A stretch of 64,000 bases of DNA from Nitrospira sp. (GTDB taxonomy: Bacteria > Nitrospirota > Nitrospiria > Nitrospirales > Nitrospiraceae). The notes under the pieces were generated by a model. That model saw nothing but the letters and a program-made list of their open reading frames with translations. It did not search any database and was not told where the DNA came from. The position numbers and the translations under genes were made by a program. The stretch's first letter is position 1, and every line of letters begins with the position of its first letter. This document shows, piece by piece, positions 1 through 9,959 of the stretch. The stretch covers positions 96,001 to 160,000 of the forward strand of contig AP038806.1 of NCBI GenBank assembly GCA_047150005.1, given 5' to 3'.

Positions 1-619
1 CCTGTTCGACTGGCTCGCGACACATCCCGAGGACGCCTCTCTTTTCAGCGAGACCATGGTCGGTTTTCACGGTGCCGAGCCGGCCGCCGTGGCCTCCGCC
101 TACGACTTCTCCGGCATGCAGACGATCGTCGATGTCGGAGGCGCGACGGGCAATCTGTTGGCGGCTGTGCTGAGCAGGTATCCGACATCGCGGGGCATTC
201 TCTACGATCTGCCGCACGTCGTGTGCGACGCCCCAGGATTGCTTCGGGCTCGAGGCCTCTCGGACCGTGTGACGATTCTCTCCGGAAGCTTCTTCGAGCG
301 TGTACCGGAGGGAGGAGACGCGTATCTTCTCTCCCACATCATTCATGATTGGACGGAGGAACAGTGCTTCACGATCCTGGACCGCTGCCGGCGCGCGATG
401 AAACCGGGCAACCGATTGCTCATCATCGAGATGGTGTTGCCGGCCGGCAATGCGCCTCATCCCGGAAAGATGCTCGACATGATGATGCTCGTCGGCCCCG
501 GGGGCCAAGAACGAACGGGGCCGGAATATCACAGCCTCCTCGCCAAAGCCGGATTTCACCTGACCCGCATTGTGCCCACGGATTCGGCCGTGAGTGTCGT
601 GGACGCCATGCCGGCCTGA
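1..619 (+). CDS. SAM-dependent O-methyltransferase (family 2), 5'-truncated by the window edge
   Basis: VDVGGATG SAM motif, LLSHIIHDW, GGQERT; the frame is open to the window start. Confidence 0.9.
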   Translation, partial: LFDWLATHPEDASLFSETMVGFHGAEPAAVASAYDFSGMQTIVDVGGATGNLLAAVLSRYPTSRGILYDLPHVVCDAPGLLRARGLSDRVTILSGSFFERVPEGGDAYLLSHIIHDWTEEQCFTILDRCRRAMKPGNRLLIIEMVLPAGNAPHPGKMLDMMMLVGPGGQERTGPEYHSLLAKAGFHLTRIVPTDSAVSVVDAMPA

Positions 620-689
620 CAGGCACCCTGACTGCTCCGCGGCGCGGACGGTCTCCGTGGTCGAAGCAACAGGTTCTGTGCCGATCGCG

Positions 690-1565
690 TCATGACACCA
701 GTTGTCTGATGCGCCCCAGATAGGTAGCCATGAAATGCTCCGGCACATCCTGCGTGCTGAGATTCTTGAGATTGTTCCAGAACGACAGGACCGACGAGCG
801 TTCCGCTTGGTGTTCGGAATAGTACCGATACTTCTTCCCCTCTTCCAGCACGACCTCAGGCCCGAGATGCTGGAACGGGCCTTCATCCAGCACGGCGAAG
901 ACTTCGAAAGGCGGCAGCAACGGCACAGGATCCTTGTCGTTGACGTATCGAACCAACGGCAAGGCTCCGTACTTGCGCACGCCGTCCCGATTGGTCACTT
1001 TCGGCTGCCCGAACGTCACAGCTTGTCCGAGCTTGAGCCCATCCTCTTTCAGCAGCATCAACACGACCACCGCCGCGGCCCCTCCGTAGCTGTGGCCGGT
1101 CACTCTGGTTTCGTAGTCCGCCTTTAAGAGCGGCTTCGCAAACTGATAGACCTGCAGCGCCGCGTCCGCGAACCCCTTGTGCAGCGGGACCTGCAGCCGG
1201 GACTCGACGACCTTGTTGTAATCCACATCCGCTCGGATGTTCGCCAGGTTCGACGTGCCGCGGACCACGATCCATTGCACGCGCGCCGCATCGTCCACCT
1301 CTACGAAGGCCTTGACCCCGGAGGAGAGCGGAGGGCTGATGCTGACGCGCACCGCGGATCCGCTCTGCCGCCGGATGATCTCATCCTGTTGGTACGCCAG
1401 ATCGGCTCGCTGGGCATATTGGAGGACCAGCGAAAAATTGGGCGGCGTCGGGGGGACCGATGCCATCGGCTTGTGGGTCCCGCACGAAGGGAGACCGGAC
1501 AGGACCATTCCCATCAGTCCCAACACCAGGCCCGAGGAAACAGTGAGCGAACGCGTCAGTGTCAT
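690..1565 (-). CDS. Class 3 lipase family protein, probably exported/lipoprotein
   Basis: VVRGT, HKGF, GHSYGG nucleophile elbow, TFGQPK, DPVP; GGAGG upstream of ATG 1565. Confidence 0.85.
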   Translation of the reverse strand: MTLTRSLTVSSGLVLGLMGMVLSGLPSCGTHKPMASVPPTPPNFSLVLQYAQRADLAYQQDEIIRRQSGSAVRVSISPPLSSGVKAFVEVDDAARVQWIVVRGTSNLANIRADVDYNKVVESRLQVPLHKGFADAALQVYQFAKPLLKADYETRVTGHSYGGAAAVVVLMLLKEDGLKLGQAVTFGQPKVTNRDGVRKYGALPLVRYVNDKDPVPLLPPFEVFAVLDEGPFQHLGPEVVLEEGKKYRYYSEHQAERSSVLSFWNNLKNLSTQDVPEHFMATYLGRIRQLVS

Positions 1566-1593
1566 GGCGAATCGTCCTCCTTGTCTCACGGCA

Positions 1594-2817
1594 TTACGGG
1601 CGGCCATCCTCGAACGTGTCCGGCGGATGCGCGCGTGATTGCTGTTCGGCGGTGAGCACCCGTCTGGCATCGAAATACGCCTGCACTTTGACCCTGGTCA
1701 TCCTGCTGCGACTCTGCTCCATTCCCTGCACGGCTGCCGCCAGCTTCTCCTCGGAAGGCAGGGTTGTATCGCTGCCGCCCCGGAGCAGGGTCAGCAGTTT
1801 CAGCTCGCTCGCCTTGAACTTGGCCTGCTCGATCAACAACGCCTTCCTCGTCTCGTTCTTGACCTGAACCAGCGCCGCGGTCTGCTCCTCGTTGATCCCC
1901 ATCCTGCTTCCTTGATCCAGAAAATAGTCGAAGCCGGTCTGATGGACGGGAGTTCCGTGAGGACTGCCGGGATGGCCCGCCCGCTGCTTGTCGGACGTCC
2001 GTATATGGTGACGCTTGAGCTCCGCCAGCTTGGTTCGCTGCTCTTCCGTCAGATGCCCCTGAATCCTGTCGGTCACCTCGAAGAGTTTGTTGAAGAGCAC
2101 CCCTTCCGTCTCGCCGGTCTTCTGCATCTTCGCGCGGATCGCTTCCGGATCGATGTCGGGCCGCATGACAAGCTCATCGGCTTCCACGCGACTGAGGTCG
2201 ATCTCGGTCCCGACCCGCAGCACCTCCCGTCTGGCGTCTTCCAGAAGCGAGCGGATGTCCCGGGCCTGGGGATCGGTCAGGCCCAGCTCACGACGAAACC
2301 CGTTGTAGACCTGGCCGATGCCGTCCAATGACATCAGGCCGATCTTCGTATTGAAACCCTGCGACACTCGAAATGCCATCGTCGGATGCGCCAGCTCCTG
2401 GACCTTGGCCGCCTGCTCCGGCGTCAGCAACGCGCGAAGCGCGGTCAAGGATTCGATAAAGAAATTCAGCTCGTCGGTTTCGATGCCGCCGGTGAGGGCG
2501 TTGGCCGTCCGGTATTCATGGTCCTGGAGCAGCCCGCGCCGGCGCTTTTCTTCCAATTCCTGGAACATGCCGACCAACACCGCTTCCTTCAACCACATCT
2601 CCGTCTTCATGCGTTGAACCAGATCCGCCATGCCCTGTTTCTGCTGCGCCGACAATCCGAGGCTGTGCCCCAGATGCGCGTAGGACCCGGCGATCTGCTC
2701 GATCGCCCGGATCATCCGTGGGCCGGGCGTGAACTCCATCTCCGCCTGGGGCATCTGAGCCCAGCCCTCCTGACAGATCAACCCGAGCACCAGCACTGCC
2801 GGCATCCATCGCTTCAT
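1594..2817 (-). CDS. Periplasmic protein with three tandem Spy/CpxP/ZraP-like (LTxxQ) domains
   Basis: Signal peptide; paired motifs LSAQQ/LTPEQ, LTDPQ/LTEEQ, INEEQ/LTAEQ. Confidence 0.65.
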   Translation of the reverse strand: MKRWMPAVLVLGLICQEGWAQMPQAEMEFTPGPRMIRAIEQIAGSYAHLGHSLGLSAQQKQGMADLVQRMKTEMWLKEAVLVGMFQELEEKRRRGLLQDHEYRTANALTGGIETDELNFFIESLTALRALLTPEQAAKVQELAHPTMAFRVSQGFNTKIGLMSLDGIGQVYNGFRRELGLTDPQARDIRSLLEDARREVLRVGTEIDLSRVEADELVMRPDIDPEAIRAKMQKTGETEGVLFNKLFEVTDRIQGHLTEEQRTKLAELKRHHIRTSDKQRAGHPGSPHGTPVHQTGFDYFLDQGSRMGINEEQTAALVQVKNETRKALLIEQAKFKASELKLLTLLRGGSDTTLPSEEKLAAAVQGMEQSRSRMTRVKVQAYFDARRVLTAEQQSRAHPPDTFEDGRP

Positions 2818-2899
2818 CGGTGCGCTCCTTCGCTAGAAAGAAGGCTCGTCCAAGACGTCTGGTCTGATACAGGAAGACGGCGTCCGAGAATTGCGCGTC

Positions 2900-3517
2900 T
2901 CATCGCTGCGGCTTCTGGCCGATCTGCGCCAGGGGCATCGTCACCAGAATGCCGCCCATCACGTCATGCTGCTTGAAATCCTTCTTCGGGCTGTTCGGAT
3001 GTGCGTTGTGACACCCGACGCAGGTCTGTGAGACGGCCTTGTCGGGATACAGAGCTTGGAAGTAGGACGCGCCATCCTCGGTGACGAGGCCCGTATAGGG
3101 CCGACCGCCGGCACCCGTCAGTTCCGACAGTCCCGTCCGCTCGAAGTCGGTATGGGGCCGGTTGTCCTTGTTGATCGGCCACAGGCTGAGCAGCCGCACC
3201 CGAACCCCTCTGTCGTCCCCGCGCATCAGCAGACCGGCCTCCTTGAGAAACTGCGCGGGGAGCGGCAGTGTGCCCCGCTCTTTCCAATGTTCTGAGGCAA
3301 CGGCCGTCCCGCGCACTTGCATGCGCTCCACAATCTCGGTGGTATAGAACGTCCGGTCCGCCTGGATGACACTGTGCACGTAATCCGCCGCTGTTGCAGC
3401 CGGAATGCACGGCGACTCCGGCAGATTCTTACCGGCGGCCGGGGAAAGCCACTGGGCCGACACCCACGTGACGAGCACACCGAGGACGAGTCCGAATCCG
3501 AATCCCTGTGCACGCAT
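2900..3517 (-). CDS. DUF3365/Tll0287-like c-type heme protein
   Basis: N-terminal hydrophobic segment, LPLPAQFL, CVGCH heme motif, DVMGG. Confidence 0.8.
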   Translation of the reverse strand: MRAQGFGFGLVLGVLVTWVSAQWLSPAAGKNLPESPCIPAATAADYVHSVIQADRTFYTTEIVERMQVRGTAVASEHWKERGTLPLPAQFLKEAGLLMRGDDRGVRVRLLSLWPINKDNRPHTDFERTGLSELTGAGGRPYTGLVTEDGASYFQALYPDKAVSQTCVGCHNAHPNSPKKDFKQHDVMGGILVTMPLAQIGQKPQR

Positions 3518-3698
3518 GATCCTCTTCCTTTCTCGTCTACTGCAGCCTTTCCGTCATGCGATACGTTCCGACCGGAGACGGCACAGAACGCCCGACGCCC
3601 TTCGTCGCATTCTCTCACCAAGCGCGCCGACGGTCTATCCTACGCGGGGGACACCGTTCGCACCGATAGGAGCCGCGTTCAACGACGTCGGCCTGTCT

Positions 3699-4967
3699 TC
3701 ACGACGATCGCGAGCCGGCATCCGACGCGGACAGGACGGAGAGTCGGCCGCCCGACTCCTCGATCAAACCGCTCCGCACTCGGACGGCGAGCCAAGTCAA
3801 AAGCGCGCCCACGACGAATGCGGTAATGTCGACGGCCGCCAACCCCCATTGGTCGTTGGGCACCGTCGCCAGCAGATGGCTTCTCGTGGTCAGCAGATTG
3901 AGCCCAGGCAGCAGCGCCAACAGGATGGCAGCCGCCGTCAGTTGGTCGCGCCAGGCCAGAACGGCGTCTCTTCGCAGTGGACCGTAGAGGGCGCAGAGCG
4001 TCCACACGAAAAAAAAGGCGCGCACTTCCCACTCCGCCCGATGAGGCACCGCTGTCGGCAAAAGGCGATTGACCCAGAAGAAAGCGGCGACGGCCACCGG
4101 CAACCCAGCCACCGCCCCAATGGCGAGGCCGTCTGTCACTCGGGAAGCGATCGGCTCGGATCGATCGAGACGGCCCCTCCGCCGCTTGGCGGTCCGCGTC
4201 GCCAAACCGGTCGCGATGACCAGGCTGGACCCCAACCCCATGATGAAATAGGCCCATCGGCTCGCAATCCCGCCGAATCTCCCGAAGTGCAGTAGACCCG
4301 GCAGCGAGACCGCAGTTTCTCCCGACACCGTCGTGCCTCCCGCCAAGTAAATGGACCAGAGGACCATCAAGCCGGTAACCGTGATGATCAACAAGAATGG
4401 CAGCATCAGCAGGCCGGCCACATTGTGCACATCCGACCAAGTGCGCAGCAGGACGGTTCGAAATCTGACTGTAAACAGATCCGCGAGAAGCCTCCGGCGT
4501 CTGATCAGCACCCCTGTAGTCGTCGCCGCCAACATGGCAATCGCGGCGGCACCGACCATCCACACGCCAGCAAGACCGGCCAGTAATCCATAGTGAAAGT
4601 GATAGAAGAGATCTCCACCTCTAGTTTCTCTAAATACAAGGAGATTTCCAGTTATTGGATCGATCGATTGGCCTGTGAAAGTTCGTTTGTCCTGCCATTT
4701 GATCAGCTGCACCCGCCCATCGCCATCCGACCCTTCCGGGGGCGATTCCATATGGAGTACGGCGGTCCGGATCTCGGGTTGCTGGAATTCGACCGGCCCC
4801 GATGCAGTCGTAATCTTCTGGATCTCCGGCTGCAGCATCCAGTAGGTGATCTCCTCGTCGAAGACCGTCAGGGTACCGGTGGCGAACACGGCAAAGAGAA
4901 TCCAGGCGGAGAACAGACCGATCCAGGCATGTACCCGGTTCAACGATTGTGAAACGTGGTCTTTCAT
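3699..4967 (-). CDS. PepSY-associated TM domain membrane protein with short periplasmic loops
   Basis: HAWIGL, YHFHYGL, DVHNVAG, LHFGRFGG conserved His motifs; multiple TM helices. Confidence 0.75.
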   Translation of the reverse strand: MKDHVSQSLNRVHAWIGLFSAWILFAVFATGTLTVFDEEITYWMLQPEIQKITTASGPVEFQQPEIRTAVLHMESPPEGSDGDGRVQLIKWQDKRTFTGQSIDPITGNLLVFRETRGGDLFYHFHYGLLAGLAGVWMVGAAAIAMLAATTTGVLIRRRRLLADLFTVRFRTVLLRTWSDVHNVAGLLMLPFLLIITVTGLMVLWSIYLAGGTTVSGETAVSLPGLLHFGRFGGIASRWAYFIMGLGSSLVIATGLATRTAKRRRGRLDRSEPIASRVTDGLAIGAVAGLPVAVAAFFWVNRLLPTAVPHRAEWEVRAFFFVWTLCALYGPLRRDAVLAWRDQLTAAAILLALLPGLNLLTTRSHLLATVPNDQWGLAAVDITAFVVGALLTWLAVRVRSGLIEESGGRLSVLSASDAGSRSS

Positions 4968-5190
4968 CCTACGCCTGGGTTTGTGCGGCTTGCTCCGATC
5001 AGCGGACGCTTCAACGCTCGGACGTTCCGGCCATAGTAGAGCGAGCGAGAACCGGCTTGCAAACCCCGCAGATTCATCGTTCCCCGCCACGGGACGCTGG
5101 CGAACGCGACTCGGATGTAGTACTGTCTGCACACCGGCCAACGCCCCCCCACGAAGGGACTTCCGAGCCGGCGCCACTCACATCTGGGCC

Positions 5191-5712
5191 ATGGCCGTAC
5201 TCCTCTCACGACACAACGCGGCACGAACGCTGCTCGTGCTGCTCCTGTTGCTCTCTTGCGTGGGATGCGACCAGGTCACCAAGGAGTTGGCGCGTACGTA
5301 TCTGGCGTTTCAACCGCCCTTGTCCTGTTGCCACGACGTTGTCCGACTTCACTATGCGGAGAACGCCGGCGCGTTTCTCGGCCTGGGATGGAATCTGCCC
5401 GAGGAGACGCGGATCCTGGTCTTCCAATTTGCGGTCGGTATCGGCCTTCTTGCGCTGTTCGTCGTCCTGCTACAGTCGCAGAATCAGCCCCACGGCTTCC
5501 TGATCGCTTGGACCCTGATCTTGAGCGGAGGGATCGGCAATGTGCTCGATCGCCTGCTGCATCATGGACGGGTGACTGATTTCATGAACCTCGGCGTCGG
5601 TTCCCTGCGCACCGGCATCTTCAACGTCGCGGACGTCTTCATTACGGTCGGTGTGCTGTGGCTGCTGCTCGCCCTCAGGCAACAGGATCCACCGCGCGAG
5701 GTGGCGAAATAG
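5191..5712 (+). CDS. lspA: Lipoprotein signal peptidase II
   Basis: DQVTK, ENAGAFLG, GGIGNVLDR, VTDF, FNVAD motifs. Confidence 0.92.
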   Translation: MAVLLSRHNAARTLLVLLLLLSCVGCDQVTKELARTYLAFQPPLSCCHDVVRLHYAENAGAFLGLGWNLPEETRILVFQFAVGIGLLALFVVLLQSQNQPHGFLIAWTLILSGGIGNVLDRLLHHGRVTDFMNLGVGSLRTGIFNVADVFITVGVLWLLLALRQQDPPREVAK

Positions 5713-5713
5713 G

Positions 5714-6193
5714 ATGGGACCGGCACTCTCTCAACGGGGCTGGACGGCACGAGGCGCAAGCCTGTTGGCGACGCTCGCCTTGTGGCTCGCCTTTGCGGTC
5801 GGATGCGACGGCAATCGGGCGACCGGGCCCGCGTTCCAAGATCTCATCCATCCAAGTCCGGAAACCGCGCTTGTCTACTTCTACCGGCCCCCAAGACCGG
5901 ACAAGGATCAAGCCCCGGACTGGGTCTACGCCTTCGACCGGATCATTCGACTGGATGACGGAGGTTACAGTTTTCACACCGTTCCGCCCGGCCGGTACCT
6001 GATCGCACTGCGATCGCAAACCGATCCCAAGGCCGACTGGTATGACTTGGCCGGAGGCCGGGCCCTTTTTCTCAAATGGGACCGTGTGAAAGGGGAAACT
6101 GAGCCGGACCTGATTCCGGTCGAAGAGCGGCGGGCGCTTGAAGAGTTGCCTCGGTGCCGGCTCATGCAGCAGGATCCGGCCGGCAGGCCGTGA
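5714..6193 (+). CDS. Lipoprotein, DUF2846-like
   Basis: AVGC lipobox, ALVYFYRP, VPPGRY. Confidence 0.6.
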   Translation: MGPALSQRGWTARGASLLATLALWLAFAVGCDGNRATGPAFQDLIHPSPETALVYFYRPPRPDKDQAPDWVYAFDRIIRLDDGGYSFHTVPPGRYLIALRSQTDPKADWYDLAGGRALFLKWDRVKGETEPDLIPVEERRALEELPRCRLMQQDPAGRP

Positions 6194-6367
6194 GTCTGTT
6201 GCGCTCTTCTGCTCTGACCTGCGAGCGAGGATTCGGCGGGCGTTTCCTGACCATCTTCATAAAGTCTCCCAGGACGAAGTCCTGCGCTGCTTGAGAGCCC
6301 CACTGCTGATAGGTCGAGAGTTTGGGCAGGTGAGAGGATGCACCGGTACGACCAGTTCGCGGTCGAA

Positions 6368-6730
6368 TTACCGGTCCATGGTGCTCTTGGTTTGGCCGGT
6401 GCCTTTTTCACCGATCCCGGCCGGTTCCGATGCGCTTCCCATGGACTTCCGGTTGGGCGACGGCGAGCGTTCAGCAGTGGGTTCCGTCTGGCCGGTGCCT
6501 TGCTCACCGATGCCGGAAGGTTCCGACATGAGACCTGGTGACCGGCTCTGCTGGCGTTCCATGGTGCCTTGCGTCTGTCCCGTTCCTTTTTCGCCTATCC
6601 CGGCAGGCTCCGACGCTCCGGCGTTGCCGGTCCCGGAGGTCGACCCGGCCTGAGCCCAGTCGTCCAGAGATTGCGCACCCCAGGCTCCGGCGACCATCAG
6701 CAGCACCACACCCCAAATGGATTTCCTCAT
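6368..6730 (-). CDS. Small secreted low-complexity protein with three SEPxGIGExGTGQT repeats
   Basis: AGGAGG before ATG 6730, signal peptide, three near-identical internal repeats. Confidence 0.7.
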   Translation of the reverse strand: MRKSIWGVVLLMVAGAWGAQSLDDWAQAGSTSGTGNAGASEPAGIGEKGTGQTQGTMERQQSRSPGLMSEPSGIGEQGTGQTEPTAERSPSPNRKSMGSASEPAGIGEKGTGQTKSTMDR

Positions 6731-6871
6731 AGCAGGCCTCCTTCGTGGGAAAACCATCCGCATCCTCTACTCCATGTACTCCATGATGCGAAATTCAGGA
6801 GCACGAAGGTACTAGGAAAATCGGCAGTGAACACCATGACCCCCGCGCGGGAGGCATGTCTTGATGTCCGG

Positions 6872-7135
6872 CTAGCGGTAGGACATGGCGTGCTGCTGTT
6901 CCGCCACCGCCACGAGCATCAAGGCCCGCCCGTCCTGCAATCCCATCGCATATCGCTCGAACACCGCCGGCGCGCAATCACGATAGAGGTTCGAGTGATC
7001 TACGCTGAGGAGCGCATCGCGGAGACCGTCCGCCTCCGCATGCCATCCTTCCCGCTCAAGGGGCTGGGCGGCCTTTGCCTTTTGCTGCCGACACCACTCA
7101 ATACGTACCTCGACGGATTCAGTCGCCAATGCCAT
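6872..7135 (-). CDS. Hypothetical protein
   Basis: ORF with GGGAGG RBS before MALATES. Confidence 0.55.
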   Translation of the reverse strand: MALATESVEVRIEWCRQQKAKAAQPLEREGWHAEADGLRDALLSVDHSNLYRDCAPAVFERYAMGLQDGRALMLVAVAEQQHAMSYR

Positions 7136-7673
7136 GGTCGCCTCCCTTTCTGCCCGGGTGTTCATTTACGTTCATCATGCCGTCCGGGCTGCCACACTCG
7201 AAGAGGTGAATCGCAAGGAAAGTACCAGGTCATTCGGCTCCCTATGATTCGGCGTGATACGCGCCATCTTGGCGGTTTGCGGGGAGATTTGACGGCGAGA
7301 CCGGTTTTCCGGCCCGGCCTCTAGTTATTTCCCTAGTGGTGGTCGCCTGCAGTTTCGCAGCCAAAACCCTACAGGTTTCCCCTATTCAACACAGGGGCGG
7401 CCTGTGCGCTTCCGTACAGGCCGCTCGATCATGCCCTCTGAATTCAGGTGCCTGCAATGGCATGTGTGCCATGGGTAATGGCCCCCTCGGCACGCAATGC
7501 CGCAGCGGCTAGGACGGACCGTGCCCTGATGGTATGGAGGTCAATATGGCTCCTTCGGCCCAGGCCGCCTTGTCGAAGGCCCAAAAGGCTTTTGTAGCTT
7601 CAGGTGCGTGAACGTCCAACTGTTTCAATCTGCCGAGATTCTTCATGTCGCACATGACTGCCTCCCTTGACTC

Positions 7674-8495
7674 TCAAGCTCGAATGCCGACCACCTCCAG
7701 ATACTCGGCAAATACCGTGGTGCATTCGGTGCCGGCCCGGTTATGCGACGTCCACAGCGCTTCGAGTTCTTCGCGAAGACGCTCCCGACCTTCCGCATCC
7801 AGGGAAGCGAAGGCCAGATTGGCCGGGCCATAGTAGAGACGAAAGATTTCCACCACCTCCGCCGGAGGAAACGGATAGCTGAAGGGATACAGGCGCCGCG
7901 TGAGGGACAGGTCGGAGAGTCCGGCGCCGAGCCGCTCCCGGACCACGGCTTCTTCGCCCCACAGAACCGGTGAGGGCATCCCGGATGGCGCGATGAACTT
8001 CGAAATCGTCTTGAACATCTGCCCGACGAACCCTTGCGGTGTCCAATTGCCCATCGCGATGGTGCCCCCCGATACGCATACCCTCAGCAGCTCGCCGGCG
8101 ACCAACGCGGGTTGCGGCGCGAACATCGCGCCGATCAGACTCACCACCGCGTCGAAGCGTCCGTCCTCGAACGGCAGCGTCTCGGCATCGCCTTCCTCAA
8201 AGCGCACCTCAAGTCCTTCTGCCTGCGCGCGTGCGCGCGCCCGCGCGACCAGGTTGCTCGCGATATCGACTCCGGTCACCCCCAGCCCATCCTTCGCGGC
8301 CATCAACGCCAGCTGACCGGATCCGCATCCCACGTCGAGCACCCGACAGCCGGGCGCCAAGCCGAGCCGTTCGTAAAACTCCCGGGCGCCGCTCTCCATG
8401 TAGCGTGAGAACCGGTCGTAGTCCCCGGCCATCCACATCGTTTTGAGTCGTGCCTTGAGACGATCCGCCTCCGAAACCATAGCGCCGGTCGACAT
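7674..8495 (-). CDS. Class I SAM-dependent methyltransferase
   Basis: VLDVGCGSG, GDAETLPF, FDAVVS. Confidence 0.9.
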   Translation of the reverse strand: MSTGAMVSEADRLKARLKTMWMAGDYDRFSRYMESGAREFYERLGLAPGCRVLDVGCGSGQLALMAAKDGLGVTGVDIASNLVARARARAQAEGLEVRFEEGDAETLPFEDGRFDAVVSLIGAMFAPQPALVAGELLRVCVSGGTIAMGNWTPQGFVGQMFKTISKFIAPSGMPSPVLWGEEAVVRERLGAGLSDLSLTRRLYPFSYPFPPAEVVEIFRLYYGPANLAFASLDAEGRERLREELEALWTSHNRAGTECTTVFAEYLEVVGIRA

Positions 8496-8705
8496 GATGC
8501 CCTCCTTCGGTGTGAGAGTGATTCGTTTCAGCGACGCGTCGCGTGCTTCGCCGCTTCAACGCTGGAGCGCACTATAGGAGGAGACGGCGCCGGCGTCTTA
8601 TCCGGGAGTCTGGTTCTCTTGACAGGAGCGTGCTAGGCTACGGCCCGCTTGCGCGGGAGTCCGGATTCATTTGCCGAGAATCCGTCGAGTGGATGGGGGG
8701 TTCGC

Positions 8706-9728
8706 ATGGATGTCCTGTCCGAGGTGCTCAAGGCGGTCAAGCTCGACGGAGCGATTTTTTACACGGCCGAATGCTCCGCGCCCTGGGGCTTTCGCACGCC
8801 CCCCTCACGCGTGATGGCATCCTATCTGTCACCGGAACCCAAACATGTCATCTTCTACCATTTGCTGACCGAGGGCCGCGGCTACGCGCAGGTGGAAGGA
8901 GACGGTCGGCTGCTCCGGCTTGACGCGGGCGACATCGTCGTCTTTCCGCAAGGGGATCCTCACCTCTTGGGAAACGGTCCGCCCGTCGAACCGATCGACA
9001 GCTCCAAGGAACTGCAGCGGGTTCTCTCCGAGGATCTCAAGATCGCGCGGTGCGGCGGAGGAGGAGAGATCACGAGAATCATCTGCGGCTACATGACCTG
9101 CGAACCGCAGCTCAGTCACATCCTGTTCGGCGGCCTGCCCCCGGTCCTGAAGATCAATATCCGCAAGGACGCGTCCGGCCAGTGGCTCGAAAACTCCATC
9201 CGCTATTCGGTCGAGACGGCCGATATTTCACGGCCCGGCGGCGAGACGGTGCTCGCCAAACTCTCTGAGGTCCTCTTCGTCGAAACGTTGCGGCGCTACA
9301 TCGCACAGCTCCCACAGGAGGAATCGGGATGGTTGGCGGGAGTTCGCGACCACGAAGTCGGGAAAGCGTTGACGCTGCTGCATCGCCAACCGGCTCATCC
9401 CTGGACGATCGCAACGCTGGCAAGCGAAGTGGGCACGTCGCGCTCGGTGTTGGCCGAGCGCTTCCGGCGGTACCTGTCGGAAACGCCGATCGCCTATTTG
9501 ACGCGATGGCGCCTGCAGCTGGGCAGACAGATGCTGGCTTCCACCAATCAGAGCGTCGCGCAGATCGCCGGCGAGGTGGGCTATGAATCGGAACCGTCGT
9601 TCAACAGGGCGTTCAAACGCGAGTTTGGGCTTCCCCCCGCCCGCTTCCGCAGTCAATCGAGGTTGTTGCGCGAGCAAGCGATCGGTCACGCCGCACCGGG
9701 TCAGCCTGTCTCCGTCCGACACCGGTAA
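8706..9728 (+). CDS. AraC family regulator with N-terminal cupin domain
   Basis: MDVLSEVL start, GYESEPSFNRAFKR AraC signature; divergent from the methyltransferase. Confidence 0.92.
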   Translation: MDVLSEVLKAVKLDGAIFYTAECSAPWGFRTPPSRVMASYLSPEPKHVIFYHLLTEGRGYAQVEGDGRLLRLDAGDIVVFPQGDPHLLGNGPPVEPIDSSKELQRVLSEDLKIARCGGGGEITRIICGYMTCEPQLSHILFGGLPPVLKINIRKDASGQWLENSIRYSVETADISRPGGETVLAKLSEVLFVETLRRYIAQLPQEESGWLAGVRDHEVGKALTLLHRQPAHPWTIATLASEVGTSRSVLAERFRRYLSETPIAYLTRWRLQLGRQMLASTNQSVAQIAGEVGYESEPSFNRAFKREFGLPPARFRSQSRLLREQAIGHAAPGQPVSVRHR

Positions 9729-9736
9729 GCGGAGGG

Positions 9737-9830
9737 AGTGCGGATCGCTGGAGCCACGGATCTGCTCCTACGAATGCACCTTCTGCGCGGACTGCGTGGA
9801 ACAGGTGGTGGCCAACCTGAATGTCGCCCG
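9737..9830 (+). pseudogene. DUF1272-like Cys-rich protein fragment
   Basis: RICSYECTFCADCVEQVV with no start codon or intact N-terminus. Confidence 0.55.
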
Positions 9831-9959
9831 GTTCGACCGCTCGTGCCTGGCCTTCGCGACGAGACCGTGGACTCGACCGGCACGAGTCAGTAGAATAGCC
9901 GCGCTTTTTGCCGCGAGAGGGCGAGCCAACGCGCATCGCCTCCTTGGAGGAGGCACACC

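Noticed and set aside
7170..7660. Riboswitch or sRNA in the long intergenic region
   Set aside because: Only a simple hairpin (GCGGCCTGT/ACAGGCCGC) and vague CCCTA motifs; no recognisable aptamer.
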